Positions 1 through 9,763 of a stretch of 64,000 nt of DNA are shown in pieces. The stretch comes from Bacteroidota bacterium (GTDB taxonomy: Bacteria; Bacteroidota; Bacteroidia; Flavobacteriales; Flavobacteriaceae). Within the stretch, counting starts at the first letter, position 1. The number at the start of each line of letters is the position of its first letter. The position numbers and the translations under genes are program-made. Location: assembly GCA_012522045.1 (NCBI GenBank), contig JAAYLC010000198.1, positions 1,797-65,796 of the forward strand, written 5' to 3'. The notes under the pieces were generated by a model. The model did no database searches. It worked only from the letters and a program-made list of their open reading frames with translations, and was not told the DNA's origin.

Positions 1-890
1 GTGAAGTTCGTTATCCGGAAGGCTGGGCGGGTTCCCATTTAGTAAATTCAATTGCCTTGCAGGCGATTTATATTCAGCCTACGGTTTCTTTTAAATTGAA
101 TGATATCATAAGTTTCGGAGGAGGTCCCATTTTTGCTATCGGATCTGTTGATTTTGACAGAAGTGTCAATCGCACCTTGACGGATTTGGAAGGAAATCGA
201 TCCACTGTAAATGTGGAAGCTTCTAATGTGACAAGCTGGGGATGGGTGGCAAGTACCATGATTCATTTTACGGAAAATCTTCACTTTGGTGCAACCTATC
301 GTTCAAAAATCGATTTGAATGCCGATGATGGACAGGCAACTTTTCAAAACATTCCGAATTCGCCTTTAACACCCTTTGAAGATTCTAAAATCGCTGCCGG
401 ATTGCCTATGCCGGCCGAGATGACAGTAGGGATTTCTTATGATTACAAAGATTGGATCTTTGCTTTTGATTACAACAGAACGTTTTGGAATGCTTATCAT
501 TCATTAGATATTGAGTTCCAAAATCCCAATATTCCGGATTCAAAAAATTCCAGAAACTATAAAAATTCTTCAATCTACAGATTTGGATTGCAGTATGATG
601 TAAATCAAACGTTCGCGCTAAGGGGAGGATATTATTATGATAAGTCCCCGGTTCGTGCGGGATATTTTGCGCCGGAAACTCCTCGCAATGACAGCAGTAA
701 TTTTACTGCAGGGATGACTGTTAATATAGGTTCAAATTTTCAAATAGATGCTGCTTTTCTGTATTCCTACTACAAAGAAATAAATGCTTCTTACGATTAT
801 TATTACGAAGATGGTGTGGCGGTTCCTTTCGGAGGAACTTATAAGTCAAATGCTTTTGCGCCTTCCATTGGAATCACCTATAAAATGTAA
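1..890 (+). CDS. FadL/OMPP1/TodX-type outer-membrane transport barrel, C-terminal part (5' end outside the window)
   Basis: Frame 3 is open from the window edge (EVRYPEGWAGSHLVNS...), so the TTG at 57 in the ORF track is not the true start. Gly/Tyr/Asn-rich alternating strand pattern (YRFGLQYDVNQTFALRGGYYYDKSPV) is typical of FadL-family barrels. Confidence 0.6.
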   Translation, partial: EVRYPEGWAGSHLVNSIALQAIYIQPTVSFKLNDIISFGGGPIFAIGSVDFDRSVNRTLTDLEGNRSTVNVEASNVTSWGWVASTMIHFTENLHFGATYRSKIDLNADDGQATFQNIPNSPLTPFEDSKIAAGLPMPAEMTVGISYDYKDWIFAFDYNRTFWNAYHSLDIEFQNPNIPDSKNSRNYKNSSIYRFGLQYDVNQTFALRGGYYYDKSPVRAGYFAPETPRNDSSNFTAGMTVNIGSNFQIDAAFLYSYYKEINASYDYYYEDGVAVPFGGTYKSNAFAPSIGITYKM

Positions 891-909
891 CCTCTAAACA
901 GACTTCACC

Positions 910-2442
910 ATGAAAAATTACTTGAAATATACCTTACTTATTTTTTTGGCGGGATTCTATGGTTGTGAGCCGGAGTTTGAGAATTCAGTGGATGACCCGG
1001 GGTTTTATAGCAGCGGTTCTGCAGATTTTTCGCGCTATGTCGCTGTGGGAAATTCATTGACAGCGGGATACACCGATGGCGCTTTGTTCATAAGTGCGCA
1101 AGCATACAGTTATCCGAATTTAATGGCAAGCAAGTTTCAGTTTGTCGGAGGTGGAGAATTTAACCAACCTTTGATGAACGACAACATAGGAGGAATGAAG
1201 CTTGGAGGAACACAAATTCTTCCCAATAGATTGGTGCTTTCCGTAGACGCGAATGGCAATTTTTCACCGGTGCGGATGGATGCCGTTCCAACTACAGATG
1301 CAGGAACAAAACTGTCCGGATCGTTTCAAAATTTAGGAGTTCCGGGAGCCAAAAGTTATCATTTGATGGCACCGGGATACGGAAATGTAGCCGGGATTTT
1401 ACAGGGAACAGCCAATCCTTATTTTGTACGCTTTTCAAGTTCTGAAAATGCAACCGTAATTGCCGATGCTGCTAGTCAAGATCCCACTTTTTTCAGCCTC
1501 TGGATAGGCAATAACGACATGCTCGGATACGCTACTTCCGGAGGTTCCGGTGTTGATCAAACAGGGAATATGAATCCTGAAACCTACGAAACCAACGATA
1601 TTACTGACCCCAATCTCTTCGCTGCTATTTTTACCCAACAAGTAGATGCACTAATTCAAAATGGTGCAAAAGGAGTGGTTTTTAATTTGCCGGAGGTGAC
1701 TGCGATTCCTTATTTTAATACCGTTCCAACACGAGTCATCCCGTTGGATGCGTCAACAGCTGCGATGCTAAACAGTCAATTTGAACCCTACAACAATTTG
1801 ATTTTGCCGGGACTTCAGGCAGCAGGAATAATCAGTTCCGATGAAGCGCAAATGAGAAAAATTAATTTCGTCTCAGGTCAGAATTTTCCGATAATGTCCG
1901 ATGATGAATTAACCGATATCAGCAACCTATTAATGGGGACACCTTTTAATCTTCCTGTAGAAACAGCCAAATTGTTAGGTCAATTGCGACAGGTAAATGA
2001 CGATGATTTGATAGTACTGACTGCGTCGTCAGTGATTGGAACGATTCCGGATACAAATAACCCCTTGGGCATTATCGGCGTCTCCATTCCATTGGAAGAT
2101 CAATGGGTTTTGACAAAAAAAGAACAAGATCGCGTAAAACAAGCAACGCAGGCTTATAACATCACCATAAAAACCGTAGCCGAGTCGAGAGGGCTTGCTT
2201 TTGTCGATGTGAATCAAGCCTTACAACGTGTGGCAAATGAAGGGATTCCGTATGACGGAGGGATTTTGACAGCGCAGTTTGTAGTTGGTGGTACTTTTTC
2301 TTTAGACGGGGTGCATCCTACACCCAAAGGATATGCATACATCACCAATTTGGCTATCGATGCTATCAACAGAACCTATGATGCCACAATTCCAAAAGTA
2401 AATGTGGGTGATTATCCCAGTTTAACCTTACACAATAATTGA
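910..2442 (+). CDS. SGNH/GDSL-family hydrolase lipoprotein
   Basis: Signal peptide with lipobox-like LAGFYGC. SGNH block I (VAVGNSLTAGY) and block V (DGVHPTPKGY) are present. Starts 19 nt after the FadL-like gene. Confidence 0.75.
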   Translation: MKNYLKYTLLIFLAGFYGCEPEFENSVDDPGFYSSGSADFSRYVAVGNSLTAGYTDGALFISAQAYSYPNLMASKFQFVGGGEFNQPLMNDNIGGMKLGGTQILPNRLVLSVDANGNFSPVRMDAVPTTDAGTKLSGSFQNLGVPGAKSYHLMAPGYGNVAGILQGTANPYFVRFSSSENATVIADAASQDPTFFSLWIGNNDMLGYATSGGSGVDQTGNMNPETYETNDITDPNLFAAIFTQQVDALIQNGAKGVVFNLPEVTAIPYFNTVPTRVIPLDASTAAMLNSQFEPYNNLILPGLQAAGIISSDEAQMRKINFVSGQNFPIMSDDELTDISNLLMGTPFNLPVETAKLLGQLRQVNDDDLIVLTASSVIGTIPDTNNPLGIIGVSIPLEDQWVLTKKEQDRVKQATQAYNITIKTVAESRGLAFVDVNQALQRVANEGIPYDGGILTAQFVVGGTFSLDGVHPTPKGYAYITNLAIDAINRTYDATIPKVNVGDYPSLTLHNN

Positions 2443-2493
2443 TAAAATCAATAATTTCGGGAAAGAAATTGAGATGTATAATTTAGAATCTTT

Positions 2494-2835
2494 ATGAGAG
2501 TCATTGTAAAACTATTATTGACTGCAGTTGCCGTTATAATTCTTGCACGGTTGCTTCCGGGAATTTCCGTATCCGGTTTTGGTCCCGCATTTTTTGTGGC
2601 AATTGTTCTGGCATTACTACGATTTACCGTAAAACCAATTTTACTTATTTTGACCCTGCCGATAACCATTTTGACTTTCGGATTGTTTATTTTGGTCATA
2701 AATGCAATTATTATTTTATTGGCAAATTACGTGGTGCCCGGTTTTACGGTGAGTTCCATATGGTGGGCAATGTTGTTTAGCCTCTTGCTCAGTTTTTTTG
2801 AATCCATATTGTTTTCTGTACTCAAGGAGAATTAA
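2494..2835 (+). CDS. small 4-TM membrane protein, phage-holin-4-like family
   Basis: 113 aa, almost entirely hydrophobic helices (LLLTAVAVIILARLLPGI..., LTLPITILTFGLFILVINAI...). Resembles the holin superfamily IV membrane-protein family. No phage genes nearby. Confidence 0.55.
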   Translation: MRVIVKLLLTAVAVIILARLLPGISVSGFGPAFFVAIVLALLRFTVKPILLILTLPITILTFGLFILVINAIIILLANYVVPGFTVSSIWWAMLFSLLLSFFESILFSVLKEN

Positions 2836-2859
2836 AGCACGATTATAAGTCTCGGTTAA

Positions 2860-2891
2860 TTTGTATTTTAGGATATAAAAAATTAGTTTTG
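2860..2891 (+). promoter_or_regulatory. Bacteroidota-type promoter upstream of tig (-33 TTTG / -7 TAnnTTTG)
   Basis: TTTG at 2860-2863 and TAGTTTTG at 2884-2891, with 20-nt spacing. The -7 element ends 23 nt before the ATG. Confidence 0.45.
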
Positions 2892-2914
2892 CAGGCTTAA
2901 ATTCTCAAAAGAAA

Positions 2915-4249
2915 ATGAATATTACAAAAAGAGATGTAGACAATTTAAATGCTGTTCTTACTATTGAAGTTGATAAAGAAGATTACGCAGATAAAGTAGA
3001 AAAAACATTAAAAGAGTATCGAAAAAATGCCAATGTTCCAGGGTTCCGAAAAGGACAAATCCCGATGGGAATGATTAAAAAACAACATGGCAGAGCAGTC
3101 TTGGTCCAAGAAGTCAACAAAGTGATTCAGGACGCTATCCAAAATTATCTTACCGAAGAAAAATTAAACATTCTGGGATATCCGATTCCTTCGAATGAAG
3201 CTGATATAGACTGGAATAAGGAAAATTTCACTTTTGAATTTAAACTTGGACTTTCGCCTGAGTTTGACGTAAATCTTCAGGAAAAAGAAATCACGCATTA
3301 TAAAATAACAATTGACGAAGAGAGTATTGACAATCAAGTGAAACGCTTTCGCAAACAATACGGAAAAATTATTTCGCAATCGGAAATAACCGAAGAAGTT
3401 GAACTGAACGGGAAATTCACCAATGCCGATGACAAAGAAGGACAACCTGTTGTCGATAAAGAAGCCAATTTTAGCATGTCGGATGTTGCCGGAGAAGAAC
3501 AACGCAAAGCACTTCTAAACGCCAAACACGGAGAAACAATTACATTAAATACCAAAGGACTTTTCAAGGATGAGCATATGAACCAAGAATTCTTGGGTGT
3601 AAGCCATGAAGAAGCCCATGGCTTGGATATCGATGTAAACTTTGAAATTAAAGAAATTGTCATTCGTGAGTTGGCGGAAATGAACCAAGAGTTTTTCGAT
3701 AAAATATTTGGAGAAGACACGGTGCATTCCGAAGAAGAAATGCGAGAAAAAATTAAAGAAAGTGCCGAAGCACAGTTTCAACAACAAAGTGATCAAAAAT
3801 TGCTCGATGATGTGATTGAATCTTTAATTGAAAATACCAAGTTTGAACTTCCGGAAGAATTTCTCATTCAATGGTTAGGGCGTTCCGGCGAACAACAACT
3901 CTCTGATGAAGAAGCCAAAGAGGAATATAAAAAGAATGAAAAAGGACTTCGCTATCAACTTATCGAAGGGAAGCTGAGAGAAGACCACAACATCAACATA
4001 ACTTTCGAGGAGCTAAAAGCTTATGCCAAAGGGATGATGATTTATCAAATGGCGCAATACGGAATTTTAAATACTGACGAAAATGAACTGGAACAAATTT
4101 TGGCAAGAACTTTGTCAAACAGAGAAGAAGTAGAACGATTGACAGAGCAGGTAAAAACCAATAAACTCTTGCAACTGTTTAAAGAGAAAGCACTCTTAAA
4201 AACAAAAGAAGTTACTTTTAATGAATTTGTGGAAGAAGCGTACGCTTAA
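2915..4249 (+). CDS. tig: trigger factor
   Basis: 444 aa with the ribosome-binding signature GFRKGQIP near the N-terminus and an acidic C-terminal arm. Sits upstream of clpP-clpX. Confidence 0.9.
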   Translation: MNITKRDVDNLNAVLTIEVDKEDYADKVEKTLKEYRKNANVPGFRKGQIPMGMIKKQHGRAVLVQEVNKVIQDAIQNYLTEEKLNILGYPIPSNEADIDWNKENFTFEFKLGLSPEFDVNLQEKEITHYKITIDEESIDNQVKRFRKQYGKIISQSEITEEVELNGKFTNADDKEGQPVVDKEANFSMSDVAGEEQRKALLNAKHGETITLNTKGLFKDEHMNQEFLGVSHEEAHGLDIDVNFEIKEIVIRELAEMNQEFFDKIFGEDTVHSEEEMREKIKESAEAQFQQQSDQKLLDDVIESLIENTKFELPEEFLIQWLGRSGEQQLSDEEAKEEYKKNEKGLRYQLIEGKLREDHNINITFEELKAYAKGMMIYQMAQYGILNTDENELEQILARTLSNREEVERLTEQVKTNKLLQLFKEKALLKTKEVTFNEFVEEAYA

Positions 4250-4276
4250 AAATGTTAAAAATATAGTTATATTTAA

Positions 4277-4305
4277 GCGTCGAATCGTCACATTCGGCGC
4301 TTTTT
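4277..4305 (+). terminator. rho-independent terminator after tig
   Basis: GCGTCGAAT (4277-4285) pairs with ATTCGGCGC (4292-4300, one G-U pair), followed by TTTTT. Confidence 0.6.
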
Positions 4306-4318
4306 CATTAAAATGAGG

Positions 4319-4326
4319 TACCTTTG
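4319..4326 (+). promoter_or_regulatory. TAnnTTTG -7 element upstream of clpP
   Basis: TACCTTTG, 45 nt before the ATG and just downstream of the tig terminator. Confidence 0.35.
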
Positions 4327-4371
4327 AAGATTCAATTATCATAAATTAGATTCAAAAATATAAAAATTTAT

Positions 4372-5049
4372 ATGGACTATACAAAAGAATTCGAACGATT
4401 TGCTATAAAAGATCAAGGGATAAATCCGATGTACTACGACAAAATTATCACCAGTATGTATCCTGTGAATCTCACTCCGAATATTATAGAAGAACGACAA
4501 ATGAATGCCGTGGCGATGGATGTGTTTTCACGATTGATGATGGACAGAATTATCTTTCTCGGTACCGGAATTACCGATCAGGTGGCAAACATTGTACAAG
4601 CACAACTTTTATTTCTAACCAGTACCAATGCCTCACAGGACATTCAGATATTTATTAACTCTCCCGGAGGAAATGTCTATGCAGGATTGGGAATTTACGA
4701 TACCATGCAATATGTAACTCCCGATGTGGCAACTTTTTGTACTGGGATTGCAGCCTCTATGGCAGCAGTATTGTTATGTGCCGGAACCAAAGGAAAACGA
4801 AGTGGTTTGCCACATTCGCGGGTGATGATTCACCAGCCTTTGGGTGGGGCGCAAGGTCAAGCAAGTGATATTGAAATTACGGCAAGAGAAATTATTTCCT
4901 TAAAAGAAGAGCTGTACAATATCATTTCCAAACATACCGGACAACCCTATGAAAAAGTCTATGAAGACAGTGATCGGGATTATTGGATGAAAGCTGAACA
5001 AGCACGCGAATACGGAATGATTGATGAAGTATTGACGAAGTCAAAATAA
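4372..5049 (+). CDS. clpP: ATP-dependent Clp protease proteolytic subunit
   Basis: Motifs FINSPGG, catalytic-Ser context GIAASMAAVLL, and MIHQPLGG. Confidence 0.95.
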   Translation: MDYTKEFERFAIKDQGINPMYYDKIITSMYPVNLTPNIIEERQMNAVAMDVFSRLMMDRIIFLGTGITDQVANIVQAQLLFLTSTNASQDIQIFINSPGGNVYAGLGIYDTMQYVTPDVATFCTGIAASMAAVLLCAGTKGKRSGLPHSRVMIHQPLGGAQGQASDIEITAREIISLKEELYNIISKHTGQPYEKVYEDSDRDYWMKAEQAREYGMIDEVLTKSK

Positions 5050-5068
5050 ATAAAGAAACTAGGAAAAT

Positions 5069-6304
5069 ATGTCGAAAGAAGATTTGGAATGCTCATTTTG
5101 CGGAAGAAAAAAAGGCGAAACCAACTTGCTGATTGCCGGGTTGGATGCGCATATTTGTGATCGTTGTATTGAACAGGCTCATGGAATTGTGATTGAAGAA
5201 GCTCTGCACAGTGGCGGTTCTGTCCTCTCTGATGAGGTGATGCTTAAAAAACCCAAAGCAATTAAAGCTTTTTTGGACAAATATGTAATCGGACAAGATG
5301 ACACCAAAAAAGTGATGTCTGTTGCTGTTTATAATCACTACAAAAGATTGCTTCAGGCAAAGGGAGAAGATGAAGTCGAAATTCAAAAGAGCAACATTAT
5401 TATCGTAGGGCACACCGGAACCGGAAAAACGCTTATTGCAAAGAGCATTGCAAAAATGTTAAACGTTCCTTTAGCAATAGTCGATGCTACGGTTTTAACA
5501 GAAGCAGGATATGTGGGAGAAGACGTCGAAGGCATTCTCACCAGATTGCTTCAGGCTGGCGATTACAATTTGGAAAAAGCGCAAAACGGAATTGTTTTTA
5601 TTGATGAAATTGATAAAATTGCCCGTAAAAGCGACAATCCTTCCATCACCAGAGATGTGAGTGGAGAAGGGGTGCAGCAAGCTTTGTTAAAATTATTGGA
5701 AGGTACCGTGGTCAACGTTCCGCCAAAAGGAGGAAGAAAACATCCCGACCAGAAATTCATCGAGTTTAATACCGAAAACATCCTCTTTATAGCCGGAGGT
5801 GCCTTTGACGGAATTGAGCGGATTATTTCTAAAAGAATGAATATGCAAACCATCGGGTTTAAATCTGCTTCTGCAAAAGAAAGTCAAATTGATTCCGAGA
5901 ATTTATTAAAATACATCATTCCGAAAGACTTAAAAGATTACGGATTAATTCCTGAAATCATCGGAAGGTTGCCGGTACTTACTTATATGAATCCGTTAGA
6001 CAAGAAAACCCTTCGAATGATTCTTACCGAACCTAAAAATGCAATCATAAAACAGTATCAAAAACTGTTTGAAATGGACGGAATCGAATTTCAGATGACT
6101 GATGGTGCATTGGATTACATCGTAGATAAAGCCTTGGAATACAATCTCGGAGCTCGGGGACTTCGTTCGTTGTGTGAAACAGTTTTAACCGATGCTATGT
6201 ATGAGCTTCCGGGAACGGATACCAAGAAATTGGTCATAAACAAAACTGATGTGGAGAAAAAATTAAATCAAGTGACCCTGCATCAACTGAAAGCAGTTTC
6301 ATAA
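5069..6304 (+). CDS. clpX: ATP-dependent Clp protease ATP-binding subunit ClpX
   Basis: N-terminal zinc finger CSFCGRKK...CDRC and Walker A GHTGTGKT. Immediately follows clpP. Confidence 0.95.
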   Translation: MSKEDLECSFCGRKKGETNLLIAGLDAHICDRCIEQAHGIVIEEALHSGGSVLSDEVMLKKPKAIKAFLDKYVIGQDDTKKVMSVAVYNHYKRLLQAKGEDEVEIQKSNIIIVGHTGTGKTLIAKSIAKMLNVPLAIVDATVLTEAGYVGEDVEGILTRLLQAGDYNLEKAQNGIVFIDEIDKIARKSDNPSITRDVSGEGVQQALLKLLEGTVVNVPPKGGRKHPDQKFIEFNTENILFIAGGAFDGIERIISKRMNMQTIGFKSASAKESQIDSENLLKYIIPKDLKDYGLIPEIIGRLPVLTYMNPLDKKTLRMILTEPKNAIIKQYQKLFEMDGIEFQMTDGALDYIVDKALEYNLGARGLRSLCETVLTDAMYELPGTDTKKLVINKTDVEKKLNQVTLHQLKAVS

Positions 6305-6337
6305 AATCAAGTTTTCTTGATATTTTAGATTCAAGGC

Positions 6338-7240
6338 ATGGAAATTCGGACAGACCAAATAAACTTAAAAGATTTTGGACTCTCTGATTATCGCCTTTAT
6401 ATTAGACGTGAGGATCAAATCCATCCTCTTATTTCCGGAAATAAATATCGAAAATTAAAATACAATCTTCAAAAAGCAAAGCAGTCGGGCTATAACCGAC
6501 TGCTTACGTTTGGAGGTGCTTTTTCCAATCATCTCGCAGCTGTAGCAGCAGCCGGTAAAGCATACGGTTTCAAGACCGTCGGAATTGTCAGGGGAGACGA
6601 GTTGGCATTAAAAGAAAAATTAAATCCGACACTTCATTTTTGTAGGAAAAAAGATATGAAACTGGTCTATGTAACTCGGGAAACTTACAAGCAAAAAACC
6701 GATTTCCAATTCTTAAAGCAACTTGAAAGCAATTTCGGTAAATTTTATCTGCTTCCGGAAGGAGGAACGAATGCGGAAGCAATTCAAGGGTGCAAAGAAA
6801 TTATTAGTGAGGAAGATGCAATTTATGATTACATTTGTGTTGCAGTCGGTACCGGTGGCACTATGGCAGGATTGGTGTCTTCAGCTTTTTCAAATCAAGA
6901 AATACAAGGGTTTTCGGTGCTGAAAGGAACATTTCAAAACCGTTTGATAGCAGAATACGCAGGAAATAAAAAATATTCACTGACCGATGCGTATTCTTTT
7001 GGAGGTTATGGTAAAATAGAAACGAAATTGGTGCGTTTTATAAATGCGTTCAAAGCGAAAACAAATATCCTTTTAGATCCTGTTTATACAGGGAAGATGA
7101 TGTAAGGAGTGATGGATCGGATGCGAAATAATAAATATCCGTCAAATGCAAAAATTCTTGTTATTCACACAGGCGGAGTACAGGGAATTGAGGGGATGAA
7201 TCAATTGTTAACAAAGAAGGGAATTGAATTAATTAATTAA
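6338..7240 (+). pseudogene. D-cysteine desulfhydrase / ACC deaminase-family PLP enzyme interrupted by an in-frame TAA at 7103-7105
   Basis: Family motifs SGNKYRKLKYN and FGGAFSNHLAAVAAAG. The ORF stops at ...DPVYTGKMM*, but the same frame continues GVMDRMRNNKYPSNAKILVIHTGGVQGIEG... to a TAA at 7238-7240. That continuation is the conserved C-terminus of the family. Confidence 0.7.
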
Positions 7241-7242
7241 AT

Positions 7243-8100
7243 ATGCTCAAAAAATATTTCTGGGGATTGCTGCTTATCTTTCTCATAAATATAGGGTGTG
7301 ATTCCAAGCGTCCTACGGTTTATAACAAACGTAAAGCACCAAAAGAACGTACCACTCCGACCAGGCAGCCGGTTCTTAAAGAAACTAAGCCTATGGTTAT
7401 TTCAGACAGGGATGAAACCACGCCCGAACCAATTCCTACAGACATTCCATACAATGATCGGGTACAGATGTATATCGATCAATTTGCCGAAATAGCCAAA
7501 GATGAAATGGTACATTACGGAATTCCGGCGAGTATCAAATTAGCGCAGGGAATTTTGGAAAGCGGCGCAGGTGCTGGAAATCTGGCAGTACGTTCCAACA
7601 ATCACTTTGGAATCAAATGTCATACCGGTTGGGAAGGAGAACGCGTTTATCACGATGACGATGAAAAAGGCGAGTGTTTTAGAAAATACAATCATCCGAA
7701 GTATTCATACCGCGATCATTCATTGTTTTTGACCAATCGTTCTCGTTATCGCGATTTGTTTTCGCTTCGCAAAGACGATTACAAAGGTTGGGCACGCGGA
7801 TTAAGAAAAGCCGGCTATGCAACCGACCCGCGCTATCCGGAAAAACTTATCGGAATCATCGAACGTTACAATCTTCATGAATACGATGCCGAAGTATTGG
7901 GAAGAAAAACCGATAAAAAATCTGTTGCGACAGTTCCTCAACCGGAAATTCAAACCTATTCGGTACAACCCGGAGATACTTTATACAGCATTTCAAGAAG
8001 GTTTAACCTTACTGTTGTAACTCTAAAGAAGTACAATGGTTTGGTCGAAGATACAATTTCAGTCGGTCAAATTTTGTATTTGCAGCCTGTGGACAATTGA
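7243..8100 (+). CDS. peptidoglycan N-acetylglucosaminidase-domain lipoprotein with C-terminal LysM
   Basis: Lipobox LINIGC, glucosaminidase motif AQGILESGAGAGNLAVRSNNHFGIK, and LysM segment YSVQPGDTLYSISRRFNLTVVTLKKYNGL. Confidence 0.8.
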   Translation: MLKKYFWGLLLIFLINIGCDSKRPTVYNKRKAPKERTTPTRQPVLKETKPMVISDRDETTPEPIPTDIPYNDRVQMYIDQFAEIAKDEMVHYGIPASIKLAQGILESGAGAGNLAVRSNNHFGIKCHTGWEGERVYHDDDEKGECFRKYNHPKYSYRDHSLFLTNRSRYRDLFSLRKDDYKGWARGLRKAGYATDPRYPEKLIGIIERYNLHEYDAEVLGRKTDKKSVATVPQPEIQTYSVQPGDTLYSISRRFNLTVVTLKKYNGLVEDTISVGQILYLQPVDN

Positions 8101-8256
8101 AACAGGTATAAAATTCCTTTTTCTTAATTGTCACAATTTATTAGATTGCACGATTAATGAGAAAATGCGTAATTGCTTGCATCAGTTCCGGAGTACGGCA
8201 CGTAAATTTTGATACGAAAGAAGTATTACTGTCCTAATAAACTCAACTTCTCCAAA

Positions 8257-9507
8257 TTAATTATTTGAAATGGTACTGGAGTTTGCTCCGCCAACTCCGA
8301 TGATTCGGTCATATCTTCCCCCCAATTCCCGATAGTAGGCAATAACAGTATAATCATTTTCGGTTTCCCAAAAATCTCCACTGATGGCTCCTGAATCGAT
8401 GGTTCCGTCACGATTTACAAGGACGTATTTGTAATTGTAAAACCCTTGTTTGAAAAGACGGGTGTTCTTATAAGTGTCGGATGTAGAATCATAACGCATA
8501 TAAGTGCTGTCGTCTATGGTCCAATTGTTGAAATTTCCGTATAGGTGAATTTCCTTGTCTCCGATGTCTTCAAAATATTGGAGCGTAAAATGGACGCGAA
8601 CATATTCTGCTTCGGTTCGCACATTTGACGTGTTGAGTTTTCTTACCACAAAATTCCCGTTAATATCCGGATTGTAGGTATAAGGCCGATTAAACCTGCC
8701 AATATCCGTGTAAAGATAATTTTCGTATAAATCGGTCATCGCCACCGAGCGAATGCCGTTTGTTGCAGAGCGAACATCTTTATTGTCAAATGCGAGGAAT
8801 TCATTACCGCCGCCAAATGCCGCTTCTTGGTCGTATTTGTAAATCAGTTCGTTCCCCATCGTATACTGAGGAACTAAATCGGTAATGGCTTCTTTGAGAT
8901 TGCTGTTTTGAAGAATTACGGTTTTGACGGTTTCCTTGGGATTGATAAGCAATAAATTTGGCGAATTGATGCTGAATTGCACCACTTGCTTCTCTTTAAT
9001 ATGCCTCAAATCACGGGAACGTTTAATATCCACTTTCACCGAGGCAATATTTTCTATTACCATAAATTTTCGTGTAAAAACCAAATCGCCGTTGCGATCA
9101 AGAATACTTATCATATAATTGCCGCTTCTCTTAAAACCGCGTGTATCCCGATTGGGAATGGAAAGCATATAATGCGAATACGATTGAAGCGTGTTGAGTG
9201 AGTTTTCATATGTGTGAATACGCACCTCATCAAAACCGTCTAAATATTCGCTTTTTGACAATTCACTTTCCGACCAGTCAAAATTATGATGGGTGATTTT
9301 GTAATAATAATCGGCTTCGCTGCCGTTTAAGGCATCAAAAGACAGTTGGATTCCTTGGCCCAAACGAATAATAGGAAGCTGACTGAAATCCGAATTTCCG
9401 CGAAATTGAACAGTACGGATATAAGAGGGTTCGATTTTTTCATACGCTTGAGAAAAGCTGTGTTGAAAAGTAAATATCAGGGATAAAAATAAAATCAGGT
9501 TTCGCAT
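8257..9507 (-). CDS. secreted DUF5103-like protein (possible type IX secretion plug-protein family)
   Basis: 416 aa with a signal peptide. The N-terminal pattern IRTVQFRG...LPIIRLGQGIQLSFDALNGSEADYYYKITHHNFDWSESELSKSEYLDGF matches my recollection of DUF5103. Not verified by any search. Confidence 0.45.
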   Translation of the reverse strand: MRNLILFLSLIFTFQHSFSQAYEKIEPSYIRTVQFRGNSDFSQLPIIRLGQGIQLSFDALNGSEADYYYKITHHNFDWSESELSKSEYLDGFDEVRIHTYENSLNTLQSYSHYMLSIPNRDTRGFKRSGNYMISILDRNGDLVFTRKFMVIENIASVKVDIKRSRDLRHIKEKQVVQFSINSPNLLLINPKETVKTVILQNSNLKEAITDLVPQYTMGNELIYKYDQEAAFGGGNEFLAFDNKDVRSATNGIRSVAMTDLYENYLYTDIGRFNRPYTYNPDINGNFVVRKLNTSNVRTEAEYVRVHFTLQYFEDIGDKEIHLYGNFNNWTIDDSTYMRYDSTSDTYKNTRLFKQGFYNYKYVLVNRDGTIDSGAISGDFWETENDYTVIAYYRELGGRYDRIIGVGGANSSTISNN

Positions 9508-9682
9508 AACTTAAAATATGAGGACTAAGATACTTAAAAAAATCAAAGTGGTTTTCAATACGTAATCATCAAATTTTTATCAAATAATTCCGAAGTTCCT
9601 AACGTTATAATAATCAAGGTGAATAAATCTTATTCCTTGTAAATTTATCGGGGTTTATTTGTGGGTTTATGCTTTAAATTTT

Positions 9683-9690
9683 TAAATTTG
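9683..9690 (+). promoter_or_regulatory. TAnnTTTG -7 element upstream of nqrA
   Basis: TAAATTTG, 73 nt before ATG 9764. Confidence 0.3.
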
Positions 9691-9763
9691 CTCGCCTTTA
9701 TACTTGCTAACATTTATTTATGAAATAAAGGTAGTTTATAAGGATTTATTTAACTTCAAAATT

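Noticed and set aside
2494-2835. Prophage remnant suggested by a holin-family protein
   Set aside because: It is a single small membrane gene between housekeeping genes. There are no lysin, capsid, tail or integrase genes, and the family is widespread outside phages.
9704-9763. N-terminal extensions proposed by the ORF track (nqrA at 9704, 15885, 22274, 46254, 49544)
   Set aside because: The extensions start at non-ATG codons or overlap upstream genes, terminators or repeats, and they add non-conserved residues. Internal ATGs give N-termini typical of each family.
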